NCBI GenBank assembly: GCA_964106645.2
Contig: OZ067041.1
Direction: 5' to 3' (one strand)
DNA from: Podarcis pityusensis
Lineage: Eukaryota
DNA length: 64,000 nucleotides
This document shows, piece after piece, positions 11,273-24,991 of the stretch. The position numbers and the translations under genes are program-made. The stretch's first letter is position 1, and every line of letters begins with the position of its first letter. Below the pieces are notes generated by a model. It made no database searches. It was given only the letters and a program-made list of their open reading frames with translations, and was not told the DNA's origin.

Positions 11273-11765
11273 CAGTGTTTTTTAACCAGTGTGCTTTGGC
11301 ACCCTGGGGTGCCTTGAATGATAGTCAGGGGTGCTGCGGGCAACAGTGGCCTCTATCTCACTTTCCTTCCCTCCCTTCCTCTGATGCCCTCTTGCGTCTC
11401 TGCCTCCCAAAGGCTTGCACAGCTGTTTGTTGCAGCAGCCCTGGCTACAAGCTCCCCAGGCGACTGGTGCCTCTGGGACTGGCCAGGGGGTGCTTTCCAG
11501 GCCCCTGTGGGGCAGTGTGAGGAGGCACCTCTCTTTGGGGTGGGGCAGCTCAGAGACCAGGGGCAGCAGATGCGGCCGCCCAGAGCACTCCCAAAGAGAT
11601 GGGAGAGGAGTCTGAGGGAACACTCCACAAGGGAGTGTTGGAAAAAGGATGAGAAGCTGCCAGCTCTGGAGGCAAGGGGTGATATAACTGGGCTCCTGAG
11701 TCCCACAGGGGTGTCGCAGAAAGAATGTAGTTGATCAAGGGAGCCAAGGACTCAAAAACCCTCTG
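11273..11765. mobile_element. Non-autonomous hAT (Charlie-like) element in ATP6AP2 intron 1
   Basis: 8-bp TSD ctttaaag at 11265-11272 and 11766-11773; imperfect TIR cagtgttttt / aaaaaccctctg; GC-rich interior. Confidence 0.8.
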
Positions 11766-13162
11766 CTTTAAAGCATTACACTCAACCCTATATGTAAGGT
11801 TTTGCTCAATTTGTATTTTTTTGTGACGAAGGATTGAGGATAGGAGAATGTGGTAGCCCAGGGATGGGAAACCTGTGGTCCTTCAGATGTTGAACTCAGT
11901 TCCTATCAATTCCTTGTACCCAAAGCTGGACCCACTGCCATTACGTGACAGCACTGGGCCCAATCCAGGCCTGATGGCTGTGCCACCTCCAAAGTGGCAT
12001 AGCAGTCTGCTTGTCCCCTACTTTCTGCCCTGGCTCCTGTGCATGACAGGCCTGTGAATGCAGCAGTAGCCCCACTGCTCCGTAAAGCACCAGTGTGGGG
12101 TGGGGACTTAGGACTGCAGCCTAATATATTTTCTTATGACAACAAGTGTCAAAATTTTGGATGGCTCTTAATACTTTGCCAAAAACTTATATGGGCAGAA
12201 TCCAGAAACATGGACTTGCTACAATACACTCATATCAGCACCTCCCATTACAAGATAATTACACCCGAATAGTCAATGGAAAATAATTAATTCAGATTTC
12301 CCAGCCACTAAACTTGAGACAAACCATCTAAGGTATTTACTAGGGGAAAACAGGTAAATGGCCCTGCTTTCTACTACATCATTAGGATCAATTTTAGTTC
12401 AAGCAGCAAGTACTTAAAGCAGCTACTGGCTAGCAACATATTATCAGCTGACCATGGAGTAGGAAGACTTCCCTCACATGCCTTTTAGTCTTGACATTCC
12501 TTCCCCAGACAAGAAGGCTAGTCTAAAGTGACATTGAATTCTGACAAAACCAACAGCAGCTGGAAGTTGTGGAAGAAATAACCAGGCTGATGCTGAAAGT
12601 ACAGGAATAAACTGACCAAAGATCCTTGGCTTGTCCCAACAAGACAAACAATTGAGTATCAGATCACAAGATGTCAGCCATGTCTTAAACTAGGCAAAGA
12701 AACTGGACTTCCTCAAGCTAGCCAAGACTGGAACTAACAGCACAAATGCCTCTGAATATACACATACTAAAATGCCCCACATTAAACACAAGCAGAACTA
12801 CAAAGACTAACTGTAGTAACAACAAGAGTGTTTCTCAGTTTGATCCTTTTACACGGTTTGGTATGTTTTGTGGTATTTTATGCATTGTGATTTGCTGTTA
12901 TTTTTTATTGATTATAGATTGGTAATTCTTTATTGTGGTTGATAAGTGTAAACTGTTTAATTATTATTTGCTGATGTTTAATTTGACTGTTTACTGGATT
13001 TTGATGGATTGCTGAATGTTACTTGCTTTGTTTGAAATGAGTTGTCTATTTTAAAGTTACTGCAACTTTTTATATTGGATCAGATTACTATTAATGTTTA
13101 ATAATACTATTAATGTATGTGTTGGAAGCCACTCAGACAAGATGAGCAGGGTATAAACAAAA

Positions 13163-13193
<31 letters not shown>

Positions 13194-13514
13194 CATCGTG
13201 TATAAAGGGAGCTGCCAAGGGTTTCATTCTGTCCCCTTTCCTTTTTTATACAGAGACCAAACTATATACAAAACAGATGAGCATAATGACCTCCAGGCAT
13301 TTAAAAAATGAGAATAAACAGACAAACTGCCAGTTTGGGTGGAGGAATTGAGTGGGGAAAGATATGAAGAATCAGAAACCGGGATGGCTTCTGGAAAACA
13401 GGGACACTTGGAGGGTCTGGTGTACTGGATAAGCTATAGGGAGTAAGATTTTGATTGCACAGGTAGGCACAAAACATAAAAAGCAAAGGTCCATAAGAAA
13501 AATACCCCTTCTGA

Positions 13515-13768
13515 ATGTTAAGAGAGCTGGACCTAGGAGGCCAGGGTTCAAAACCCCACTCAGCTATGAAAGCTCACTAGGTGACCTTGGGCCAGTCACT
13601 GCCTCTCAGCCTAAACTACCTCACAGGGTTGTTCTGAGGACAAAAGTGTGGGGAGGGAAATCATGCACACCACCTTGAGCTCCTTGGAGGAATGGTGGGA
13701 TACAAATGTAATCAATAAAAAATGGTGGAGGAATGGTGGGATATAAATGTAATCAATAAAAAAATAAA
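13515..13768 (+). mobile_element. CORE/MIR-like squamate SINE with tandemly duplicated tail
   Basis: B-box-like ggttcaaaaccc, core ggtgaccttgggccagtcac...cctcacagggttgtt, and the ~41-bp tail tggaggaatggtgggatayaaatgtaatcaataaaaaa present twice. Relatives at ~35780-35900(+), 38260-38457(-), 39850-40085(-) and 57260-57470(-). Confidence 0.75.
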
Positions 13769-13999
13769 GGGAGGCCTGGTGGGCCTCCCACTAGCCAGTA
13801 AGGATGCTGCTCCAAAAAAATGCTTGCTTTCCTCTTTCCTCCTCATTTCCCACCTCCACGTTTTGTACAATGTCTACGAGACTGTGAGCCAGTGAGCAGG
13901 GGCTGTCTTTATCTTTAACAGAACTACAGCAGGAAATGTCGAGCATTTTATAAGCGTTTGATGATGATTATGATGATGATGATGATGATAATAATAATA

Positions 14000-15010
14000 A
14001 ACCCACGGCCACTACACTTCCACGAACACGACCCAACCCTCATTCTCCCTCTGACAGTCTATCCTGCCACGACGACCCCCAACACGCAGGTGCCCTTATC
14101 TCTGGCGCAGAGACCATCCTTCAGATCCGGTCTGCATTGGACCCCGCCCCGGGCACCCCCTTTCTCCCTCCCCCCTCCTCCCAGCCTCCCCCCCCCCATG
14201 CAGAGCCGCCCAGAGCCTCACCTGCCACAAGGGCTGACACCAGCCAAAGAGCCAACGGGACCCCCATCACTGCTGCTCCCTCCGCCGCGTTCCAGAGAAA
14301 AGCAGAAGAGGAAGTATGAACCAGCCGGTCTCGCGACCCGACTATGCCCCGCCTCCAACTCTAATTGACAAGGTCTGCGACCGCTCAGAAAGCGCACGCG
14401 GCGAGGCTCATAAGGGAAGAAGGCGATGCCACATTCTGAGTGGCAAGGCCATGCGTCCAATAAGAACATGAGGGAAAACCCTCCCACCCACCACCCACCG
14501 CAGTAAAATCTACTTCAGTAGATTCATTAGAAGCTTCAGCTTGAGCGACAGCCATATTAGCCATTCAGAGGATCTCCAGACGCTCCGTGAAGCTATAGAG
14601 GAGGTGTAACTTAACGGGGGGGAGGTAGGAGAAACCAACCAGTGTGTCCGCGAAACGACGGGCATGCGCACGAGGGTAAGAAGGCCAATGGCAGGAGGCG
14701 GGGCCAGCCCAGTGGTTAACAGGAAAGTTAACCACTTAGGATCCGAAGGATTCGTCTCACCCCGTGACACTGATGCCTCAGGCTTCTCTTACGGAACGGA
14801 TGTCTTTCGGTCAGATTGACAAGCCCACTGACCTATATAGAAGGATCGACGGAGTTCTAATCCAATTATAGAGCTGGAAAAGGGCGGGGTGTTTTGCTCA
14901 ATTTGCCATAATTGCATAGTGGGTTGTTTGACTCCCCTGCGCTTCAGCAGGTGGTGCCTAGACCTCGCTGCTTTTCCAAATCCCCTCTTTTACAACACGC
15001 GCCCACTCTT
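14000..15010. promoter_or_regulatory. CpG-island promoter of ATP6AP2
   Basis: The most extended CpG-dense stretch in the window. TCTCGCGA (BANP/ZBTB33-type) at ~14329; NRF1-like gcgcacgcg at ~14392 and gcatgcgca at ~14662; CCAAT boxes at ~14457, 14685 and 14862; GC boxes at ~14345, 14697 and 14882. Confidence 0.85.
14222..14267 (-). CDS. ATP6AP2: ATP6AP2 exon 1 (start codon, signal peptide)
   Basis: gtgATGG Kozak context; MGVPLALWLVSALVA(G) hydrophobic signal peptide; G|gtgagg donor; phase 1 matches exon 2. Total CDS is 1056 nt (351 aa plus stop). Confidence 0.92.
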
Positions 15011-16344
15011 TTGATCTGGTTGCACGACTCTTTGAATTCTGGCCACAGGGCAGGATTCAGAAGCTTTGTTTTGTTATCCACGCTGGTGGAGGAATTGAAC
15101 GTTAATAGGAATCAATTAGTTTCTTTATAGATGGGCATGGAAAACAAAAATAAATGGTTTTCGTAGTACTTCTGTGGCACATGATACTCTGCGATGCATT
15201 AGTGGGATATATGCTCCTAATGTAGCAGCCTGACAACCATCCATGCGCTGTCAAGTAACTGCGGAAGTTCCTGCGCATTTAATTTGTTTCGCAATTAAGC
15301 CTAAGAAAGGCCACCCCTTCGTTTGGAGGCTTCTGTGCCCAAATTACGGATACTTTTGACAGACTGCTGCAGAGCAGAAGGTTGTCAGCCTCACTAATGA
15401 CCTGTTTCCCCCCAGATATCTTCTCCTTGGCTTGTCTGCACTTTCTGCATGAGGGGGAATACTACCATGCCGTCTGGTGTCCAAGTCTGCTTTCTGAAAA
15501 GTAGCATAACTTCCAAAGCAAATAGATGGATTCTTAATTTTATTGTTCAGTACCCTTGAGTTTAAAACTCTGGAGACTCACATTGTTCAGAAGGATTTCC
15601 ACCACTTTTATTGTTCATTATGTTTTTATATTCCTGTACACTCCCCCGATACTTTGTGAGAGGATGGTATATAAGTACTTTGAGAAATGAAAAATATATG
15701 AGTGTGTTGTATTGATATGAATATTTTATTTAATTCATTTATGTACCACTTCATCTTTCAACATAAATCTCTAATATGTGTTCAGCTTCTTCAGTGAGGC
15801 ACTTTGCACGAACTCTTGCTGTCTTGAGGTTGGCGCTAAATAACACAAATTATGTGATCAGAGAAACCTCACAGTGATAGCCTCTTCAAGCATACAGAGT
15901 ACATTCTCTGTGCTGGACTTGCTATTGTTTCTGTCTTCAGCGAAGACTGCAGGAACTAGCTGGCATGAGTTTCACAGACCTTGCAGCTGGCCTCCACCCT
16001 CTCATGTAGTCACACTGATATCACTTCTCCATTTTTATTTTTATTTTACAGAACAACCAGAAAACAGTGATTCATGCATTGGTCACATCAAGACTGGGCT
16101 ATTGCACTGCTGTATCTGTGAAGCTGCTTTTCCAAAACTGTTCAAAATGTCTGTGTACAGAACACAGTTGCCAGATTATAGGCTGAAGTTGGCCAGTTGG
16201 ATTGGGCCATGTTACATCAATTTTACAGCAGCAGTGATTGTTTACCATTGGTTCCCAGGTCTATTGCAAACTGTTTGTAGTGACTTACCATAAACAAGCC
16301 TGGTTCCCAGATCCTTGAGGACCTATTCTTCTTCCTTATTATCC

Positions 16345-17097
16345 TGTTGTTGTTTAGTCATTTAGTTGTGTCTGACTCTTCATGACCCCATGGACCAGAG
16401 CACGCCAGGCACTCCTGTCTTCCACTGCCTCCCGCAGTTTGGTCAAACTCATGTTGGTAGCTTCAAGAACACTGTCCAACCATCTCATCCTCTGTCGTCC
16501 CCTTCTCCTTGTGCTCTCAATCTTTCCCAGCATCAGGGTCTTTTCCAGGGAGTCTTCTCTTCTCATGATGTGGCCAAAGTATTGGAGCCTCAGCTTCACA
16601 ATCTGTCCTTCCAGTGAGTACTCAGGGCTGATTTCCTTCAGAATGGATACGTTTGATCTTCTTGCAGTCCATGGGACTCTCAAGAGTCTCCTCCAGCACC
16701 ATAATTCAAAAGCATCAATTCTTCGGCAATCAGCCTTCTTTATGGTCCAGCTCTCACTTCCATACATCACTACGAGTACTGGGAAAACCATAGCTTTAAC
16801 TATATGGACCTTTGTCAGCAAGGTGATGTCTCTGCTTTTTAAGATGCTGTCTAGGCTTGTCACTGCTTTTCTCCCAAGAAATTCTGTGACTGCTGTCACC
16901 ATCTGCAGTGATCATGGAACCTATGAAAGTAAAATCTCTCACTGCCTCCATTTCTTCCCCTTCTATTTGCCAGCAGGTGATGGGACCAGTGGCCATGATC
17001 TTCATTTTTTTGAAGTTGAGCTTCAGACCATATTTTGCACTCTCCTCTTTCACCTTCATTAAAAGGTTCTTTAATTCCTCCTCACTTTCTGCCATCA
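16345..17097 (-). mobile_element. BovB/RTE LINE 3' fragment with internal deletion
   Basis: RT C-terminus (ESAKYGLKLNFKKMKIM; VMYGSESWTIKKADCRRIDAFELWCWRRLLRVPW; AWRALVHGV) split over two frames; (CAA)n tail. Confidence 0.92.
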
Positions 17098-20000
17098 CCC
17101 TATCCACACATTAAGATCTTCCTTGGAGGCTCTCCTCACATACTTGCTTCCTATTCATCATGCTTGCTGTGGGAAGCCATCCATGTCCTGCTGGCCCTGA
17201 TTGTGGATATCATGCAGGGTCTTCTCAACTGTGGCACCAACACAACTTGGTTCCTCTTGTCTTTTACCTGGCTTGGCAAGACACTATCGAGCCCCTGGGC
17301 TTTGGAACAATATGATAGCTGTAGTAGGGGTTGTACTTACCTGCTCCTGCTGATTTTTACTCTCTTTTGGTTATATTGGGGTTTTAAATATTTGCCACTG
17401 GCTTTTATTGATTATTAGATGCCTTGTGGATTTCTCGTGGGAAGGTGGTATATATATGTTCCTGATTAAAAAGAAAAATAATAGAGAAGAACTACAGCTC
17501 TGTTCAGGGTAAAAGTAAATTTTCAGTCAACTAAAGCAAAAGCAATATAAGACTTAGCTCTAAAGAGCTTATGTTCTGAAAAAGGGAGGATATTACAATA
17601 AGAAATGCAATAAAGCATGTTTTTATAGTTTTCTAACATTGGCACAAAGCTTTAAAATGCACAGGCCCAGAGCAATAATGTGCTGGGCAGCATCAAAACA
17701 TTAAGGAATAATGTTTGCATCATTAATACCTAATGATATAGCTTAGCAAACCACTAAATGAAATGATTGCCATGGAAGGCTTAGAGGACACACCAGGCAG
17801 AAATAACTTTCATTGGGTGTTTCCAGGCAGGGACTTCATGTTGCAAATGGATTGTTCAGATCCAATTTTTCTGGGTACATTATGGACACATAAACATCCA
17901 TACACTCTTTTTTTAGTCTTACATTTTCATAGGTATTCTGCTGTTTCACATCCATATCAGTAGGCAACCTTTGGTGCAACATTGCTATGCTATGTTTCCC
18001 AACCCTTATATTTAATTACGACCTCCTCTCCCACCCTCAACTACCTTTACCTGTTCCGGGCTTGTACACAATGACTTCTGTACCTGTGCATGCACATCTT
18101 TTAATGCTGTTTTTGAGTGCTGTTTCTCAGCTGAGAAAAGAATCTATTATCATTCATTTTCTAATTGGTTTACAGCAGTTATCTTGCTGTTAGCTGCATT
18201 CCTTGTGCAAGTGAACTGTGATTTGGGGGAAAGTACTGACTGCTTCCTGGGATTCCATTTTATTTTCCATGAGAGAACTGTCATTAAAACATGCTCAAGC
18301 ACTTCTGCCTTACACATAGCAGAACTGTTATTGTAATGGCTCCTGAGTGGTATCATTCCTAGTAGGACTTGCATTTGTAGCCAAATTTAAAAGTCCTGCT
18401 TGCCATGGAAAAAGCAGCAGTGCACTTGAAGGTTCCTAATTGTTCCTTTGCAGCTGCATTTTTACCTGTCCCACACCTGATATCCTACGGCATCAGGTGT
18501 GTGCCAGGTGAGTGTGGGATTGGGAGAGCAGCCTAGTTGCCCAAATTAGAACCACCATTGGGTCTCATAGGGCTGCTGGCTGGAGGTTTCCCATGAATGA
18601 TACACTAATTTTCCCTCTCTTCAAATATACCACAAATTGAATCTCTTCCCATTCTGTGAGGCTCAGTAGATCAGAAAGACTTTTGGGAAAAGGTTGTTTT
18701 TGTCAGGCCTTGAAAAGCCCGGCAGGCAGTCGAAATACTATTCCGTCTGATAACCATTTCTGAGTCCTTCCTACAGAAGTGAGCGTATCTCCATACCTAT
18801 TCTGCTTCTCTTTCTAAGGATGCATACAAACAACTTAAGTGGATATGCTGAATGTGACAAACTCTCCCTTTACTGCTGTGAGAAAGTGTTATCTGCAATC
18901 CTTCTTCAGTAGCTTGATAATTGTAAAAATATAGTGGGGTGGCTGCTTCTTCAGGAAGGATAAAAGGCTGCAGAAGGAAAGTGTGATCAACCCTTAACAA
19001 AGCGTTTTAAGTTTGAGAGTCGCCCCCCTAAACCCAATAAATTAACGAATGTCAGAAATTAGTTAATATTTAGGATAGGAAGGGAAAATGCAAGCCGCAG
19101 AACTATGCCAGACAAGTAGGCTCATGCAAACCAGCCTAACCAGGCATTGACAATGCAAAAGAACCGTTCTTCCCCACAGCTCTGAGGACTGGACAAAGAC
19201 AAGAGAAGTGGCAGGTTACTAAGGGGTTGGGAGTGTGAGGTGACAGGAAAATGTGCATTTACAAAGACTCTGGTAAGAAGAAGGAGAACAAATGCCAGAA
19301 CCAACATTGGTACAGTCCTATACATGCCTGCTCTGAAGTAAGCTCCGTTTTGTCCAATGGAGCTTACAGGTAGGAATGTCAGAAATGGAACTGAAAATCG
19401 CTATGTGCTGACTCAAGGTGTTTTCTGCTTTGTTTTTGACATTTCCTTTATACTGAAATTGTGTAATTAATGGTACTAGTTTTAGCTATAACAGGAAGCA
19501 AAATGAATAATGTAGGTTTTGACCGAAGCTGAACTGTAGCAGAATGGACATAATGTTGGTTGTGACAAACACAGGATGGGATAGAAATAGCTGTATCCTT
19601 ACATCCTTACTCTTTTGTAAGTGAGCGTAGTATAGGAACCTACATTGTTCAATTATGAATGTTAAATGTGATGCCCAGTTAATGAAGCATTTGGGTTCCT
19701 ATTCTGGCCTCTGACACTGGGAATTACTTAGCTTTGCTTTTCTCCATTTAGCTTTTTCTAACCTTATGTTTTAACTTTGCCACTAATGGAGTGTTTAGAC
19801 CCTGGCACTGCATACATTAAGGGTCAAATTCTGTTCTGTTTGGTGTCAAAGACTAAACTCCTATTAACTTTGAAGGCGCAGGATTTGGAGAAGTCAATGA
19901 TGTTTTTGCCATAGCTATTTTGCATTCCGTTTCAGCCTTGTCATTATTGATTTCCTGCATGAGAACAGAAATGCTGAATATAGAAAAGGGGCAGCATCAT

Positions 20001-21935
20001 TATTTCCATCTTGGGCAAAAATAGAGCACAGGAAATGAGTTATTTTAAAGCGGGCTGTGGAGGATGCCATGTTACAGTGATATGATTTGCTTTTCTACAG
20101 CCACATTAATATGAATTTTTTTTTTACACTTCTCTCTCTGAAACTTCCTTCCCCTCTCTTAATGCACACCACAGAATCTTGTACATTTTTTTTCTAATGC
20201 AATGTTTGACGGTTTCAGAATTGGATCTCTGATAATATGGAACTGAAATAGATTTTCCCAGTTCTATACAGTACTAGATGCTAAAGCCCTTGAAGCTGGC
20301 AGCCAAGTTTTGCATAGTCCTCTCTGTAATCTGTGCACCACCGAGAGGACTCATTTAAGGCTTCCCCATCCAACAACGTTTTAGCTGCACAACCTTCTCT
20401 AATGTGGTGCTCTCTAGATGCTTTGGACTATAACTCCCATCAACATTTTGCCAGACCCGTTTTCATTTAGGCAGAAAGAAAGTGTGGCAATGTTTACACA
20501 AAAGCTATATGAACTTGTTCCTTTTTAATCACCTCCAAGTATATTGCACTGCTTAGCAACTAGAGTGAAGCTAATCAGCATGACATTAAATATTGATATT
20601 TTACAAAAAATAAATGTCATCAGAAATTTTAAGGAGATTCTCCCACACACTTGGCCTTTACTTAGAGCTGAACTAAGTTGGTTGAGCTGATTCCTGGCCA
20701 GTGTATCTTGCAATGATGATGTGCTGGGATATACCGCAGTTCTGCTGCTATCAATGCTGTCAAGCTCTGAGACATGGCATTCAGTGCAACCCTGCCTGTC
20801 ATCGTCTCTCCAAGTTGGATTTCAACCAGTGGCTTTGGCCATTAGCAATTCCCTTATCTTCCCACACCTCTCGATGACACTTTTAACCTTTCACCTCCTT
20901 TGGCTTCCTTGGAGACTGGATCTAGAGACGCACCAAAGAAGTGTTTCAGTTTAAAGCGTTGTACATTTAAACAGGGAAAACAGATAGAGAAAAATGGGAC
21001 TCCACATCACCATATGGTGGCACAATGTTATACCACATATACCATGCATATCAATCACTTTTTCTTTACCAGGCTAGCTGAATGCTTCTTTTGCACACTT
21101 AGGCAGCTACAGAAGTAAGACGTGTGATATCAGAGTAGCTGTTCGCTTCTATATCTGGTTCCTTCATTCTTTGGAAACTTTAGCAGCAGTTTCTATGTTT
21201 TCTGCTTGTATATTATTATTTCAACATGACAACAAATACATCTGTGTCTGGTCTTTATTATTATTATTATTGCATGTGCCTTCTTTACTTTCTAAGGAAT
21301 TGGTGCATGTTGCCTGATCAACAGAGCCCCGTTTAGGCATTTAAAGACACAAAATAGAGATAATCAATGTTCTCAATTGTGCAGGGAGCCTACCCAGGCA
21401 TGTGAAGTTTCCTGGTGTAAAGAAGCACACCCTTTAAAATTACAGAGGGCTACATAGCTAGATATTGTGATACAGCAGAGCAATGGCTCATCCTTGTCCT
21501 CTTATATGCATATCTCCATCACATGTCCACTTCCCTGCTGTGACTCTCCTTTGCTAACAGCCAACATGGTTTGCCATGTGGATGCTTCTGATCTCATGGA
21601 ACCTTTCCATTTCCTCACACCTTTGTGGTCCTTGAGGTGGCCGTTGCTAGCATGGAAACAGTGCACACAATGAGGAGACTATCCCAGCAAGCTTCACCAG
21701 CTGGTGCTCTGGAGGCAATGTGATATGGGGATGAAGCAATAGGTAGTCTTTATCCTTGACTAAGAGTTGCTTCTTCCCTGAACCACCCTAGCTTCATCTT
21801 GCTTCCACTTTTTACCTTTCTTCTATCATGCCACTGCTACTCATTTGCTAATTCTGGCCTCTTTCTCCTCAACCAGCTCTTATATACCTAATGTAGACTG
21901 ACACAAGCCTTGCCAAGAGGCCTTATTTTGACATA

Positions 21936-21937
<2 letters not shown>

Positions 21938-21968
<31 letters not shown>
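21938..21968. repeat. (GCT)n microsatellite
   Basis: ~10 tandem units. Confidence 0.95.
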
Positions 21969-21971
<3 letters not shown>

Positions 21972-22622
21972 TTAAAAAAGTAATAGGGGTGGCTCCCTCA
22001 GTGGATGAAGCCAGAGTTTAGAGAAGGGAGTTGGAAGCAATGAGAGCCAGAAGCTTAGTTTAGAGTTGCTGTGATGTGAACCAGAGGGAAAGAGGCAGAG
22101 CATGATGCTCAATGTCTGTTTGGATCCAAAAGGCTGCATGATGAGAGAAGCAGGACCCTCTTGGGGTGATTATGCTGTGAACCCTTCCATCATAGGCTCA
22201 GGTTGTATATATCTATAAATAAGTCATATATCATAAAGACGCCACAGTGTCCATTGTGGCTCATTTTCAAAAGGAAACATGGACCCTGGGTAAGTGCCTG
22301 GAACCCCTGCAATTGCGCACCGCTCAGAGATTGGGGTGGCGTGTAGCAGTATAATGGCAAACATAGGTAGCACATTTCCTGCAAAAGAAGAGCCGCCTGG
22401 AGCAAGTGCTGACATGTCAGTCTGCCAGCCATGAGTCCAATTAAATACGTGCCTTTGACAAGCTCCTTGTTTTCTGTGCCCCAGAGATGGTGCAATCGGC
22501 CATTTTGCAGGTCCAGTTTAACTTCCGTTGCTGAACTGCTCCTGAACAAAAACAATGGACTGGCAGAAATTACCCTGAACAATTATCTTCCTTATCATCA
22601 CACTTGCTAAATATAGACTAGG

Positions 22623-22625
<3 letters not shown>

Positions 22626-22668
<43 letters not shown>
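22626..22668. repeat. (TA)n microsatellite
   Basis: ~21 tandem units. Confidence 0.95.
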
Positions 22669-22670
<2 letters not shown>

Positions 22671-24991
22671 CCGTATAAATCAGTGATGCCACTGATAACC
22701 AGGAGTTTACATTTAGCTTTTGGAACTTTGCACTGTTTCATTTTGGATGGAAATATTGTGCCTGGTATCTGTCTCCAGAGCATCTGGCCATGTAAAATGA
22801 GAGCATCTGCGTCCTGCTTAGAAGGATCCTCTGCTGGGACAGCAGCTGGCTCTATCAAAAGTGGCGCTGTAGGGAAGCCTGCAGCATTGCTTCAGCCTTG
22901 CTCTTCCTAATGAGGATTCCTTTTCCCAGTTACATGGGCAAGATCTGGTGACTGCAGAATCAACAATGTCCCCCAATAGTTAAAATATAAATATAAATGG
23001 AATGCACTCCAGTTCATATTGCAGTTAATGGGAAACATCAATAAGCTTAAATAAGAATTGTATTAAATCCACAATGCGCATAGATCCTGGGTTTAAAATC
23101 ATAGTATTTATGAGCTCTCTTTTAGTTGCTGCTTAAATAAAAATGCTTTTTTTAACAAAAGGGAGAGAGTGTGTGAGAGAGATGGGAGGACAAGAAAGGG
23201 CATTTCATCGGCAAAGATTGCATCACTCTCCCTCTGAAATTATATTACTGCCCAACACATACAGCAATAATTAAAAACCTGCCAACATTTCCATTATGTA
23301 TTCTGTTTTGGTGCATTTAATATCTCAGCTGCTTGAAATTTCACTGGGCTGATTCTGGGCAAACAAATTTTCATTCTGGATGCAAATCAAACTCTGAGCC
23401 ACCTTTTATTCTGAAGCACAGGTCCTGCTTTAAATGTATGGATTAACAAAAAACAAAAACAAAAAGAACATCCCTGTGAGGTAGGCAGATGACTGGCAAC
23501 CAACCAAGACTGAAAGAGACATCCAAAGCCACTGAGAATTAGAGGATGTCAATTTTGGTTTTTTCTCAGTTTCTCACTTTCCCAGTCTGGTTTATTACAT
23601 GATTTCCAGTTCTACCCTGATTAGAGATGTGAACCTTAGAATATCTGGTCTAAACACACAGCTCACAGGATCACATTTCCTGGAAATTAATGGTGTTTTG
23701 TATCTTGTTCATAGAAGAAGGATGTAAACAATATTTATTATTATTATTATTCACCTTTTGTTTCCTACAGTTTCTGCCTCCTTTTCCCTTTCCCTCCCGT
23801 TTTCCCTTCTCCCGCTTCTTTCTTTCACAACACGCCATCTAGACAAAAAGCCCTGAAAAACAAATAGGGAAGGGGCTGCACTTACATAACACAAAAGATA
23901 CAGTAAGATGCTAAGGTCACATCCATATCATATATAAAGCACATTTAAAGCATCTGGCTTCGCCCAAAGAATTCTAGTGGAAACTGTCATTAACCCATCG
24001 CAGAACCGCCATTACAAACTCCCTCAACAAACTACAGCTCCCAGGATTCATTGGAGGAAAGCCATGTGCTCTAAACGTACGGCAAACGTGTTTGCCACAT
24101 AAAAAGACCAGCATGCACTTGGTTTCCTTTCCTCCCTCTTCAACGTCTAGTTAGGGAAGCATCACAAGAGGGGAGTTCTCACAGCCCCACACACCTGCTG
24201 AAATGATGTGTGAGGGGTGAGGGGCCACGTAGGCCAGCTCCACCACTGACCCAGGTAGCAGCAGAAACACTCCCCATCACCTGCATGTTTGGTTGGCATG
24301 TGGAAGGCCATTGCAGTCTGCACATCAAGATACCCCTTGCATAGGGGAGCCATATGTCACTACACATGTAGAGCCCCTTCACATGACAGCCACATGCAGA
24401 GATCGCAAGTGTGGGTGTGTGAGCATGGCTGTGGTGCAGATGGTGGAAGGGCTGGTTTGTGAGGCCCTGCAATCTGCCTCATGTAGGGTTGGGGGGGGGT
24501 CAAAGCAATGCTTCTGTCACGCATTTCCCTGTTCTGGCTACCACTGGAGCAGAGGGGAGAGCAGGAAATGCAGACTGTAGTGACATCACATCATGCTTTC
24601 CTAATGAAGTGTTAAGGGGAAACCAGATGTGCAACTGCCATTTTCCACAGCAAATGTGTGTTCACTAACAGTTTGAGCCTGAAAATATAGATTTTTTTCG
24701 GCTAGAAACCTTCACTTCCAAAACACAAAGCAAGCAGATTCATTTAAAAATCAGGCGTACATGCTAGGCAGGTTTTGCATTTGAGTTACAGACAGAAAGC
24801 CCATCCAGATCACCTGTTTATTGAGCATTCATTCGGATTTGTTTGTGGGGAAAGTTTATGGCAAGGAGCTTTCATGCTGTATTCTTTCCTGATTTGCTTG
24901 TGGGGTGTTTACATACCTTGCCGTTAGTCATTCAATCGTCCCACACATTCCTCCATTGCTTTCCAAACGCCAGAAAGTCTGATTCTTGAAT

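Noticed and set aside
13958-14368. 136-aa Pro-rich ORF antisense to exon 1
   Set aside because: Produced by an (ATG)n microsatellite and the C-rich CpG island; no coding signature.
18472-18501. 10-bp hairpin cacacctgat / atcaggtgtg
   Set aside because: Short, and resembles the centre of degraded palindromic MITEs.
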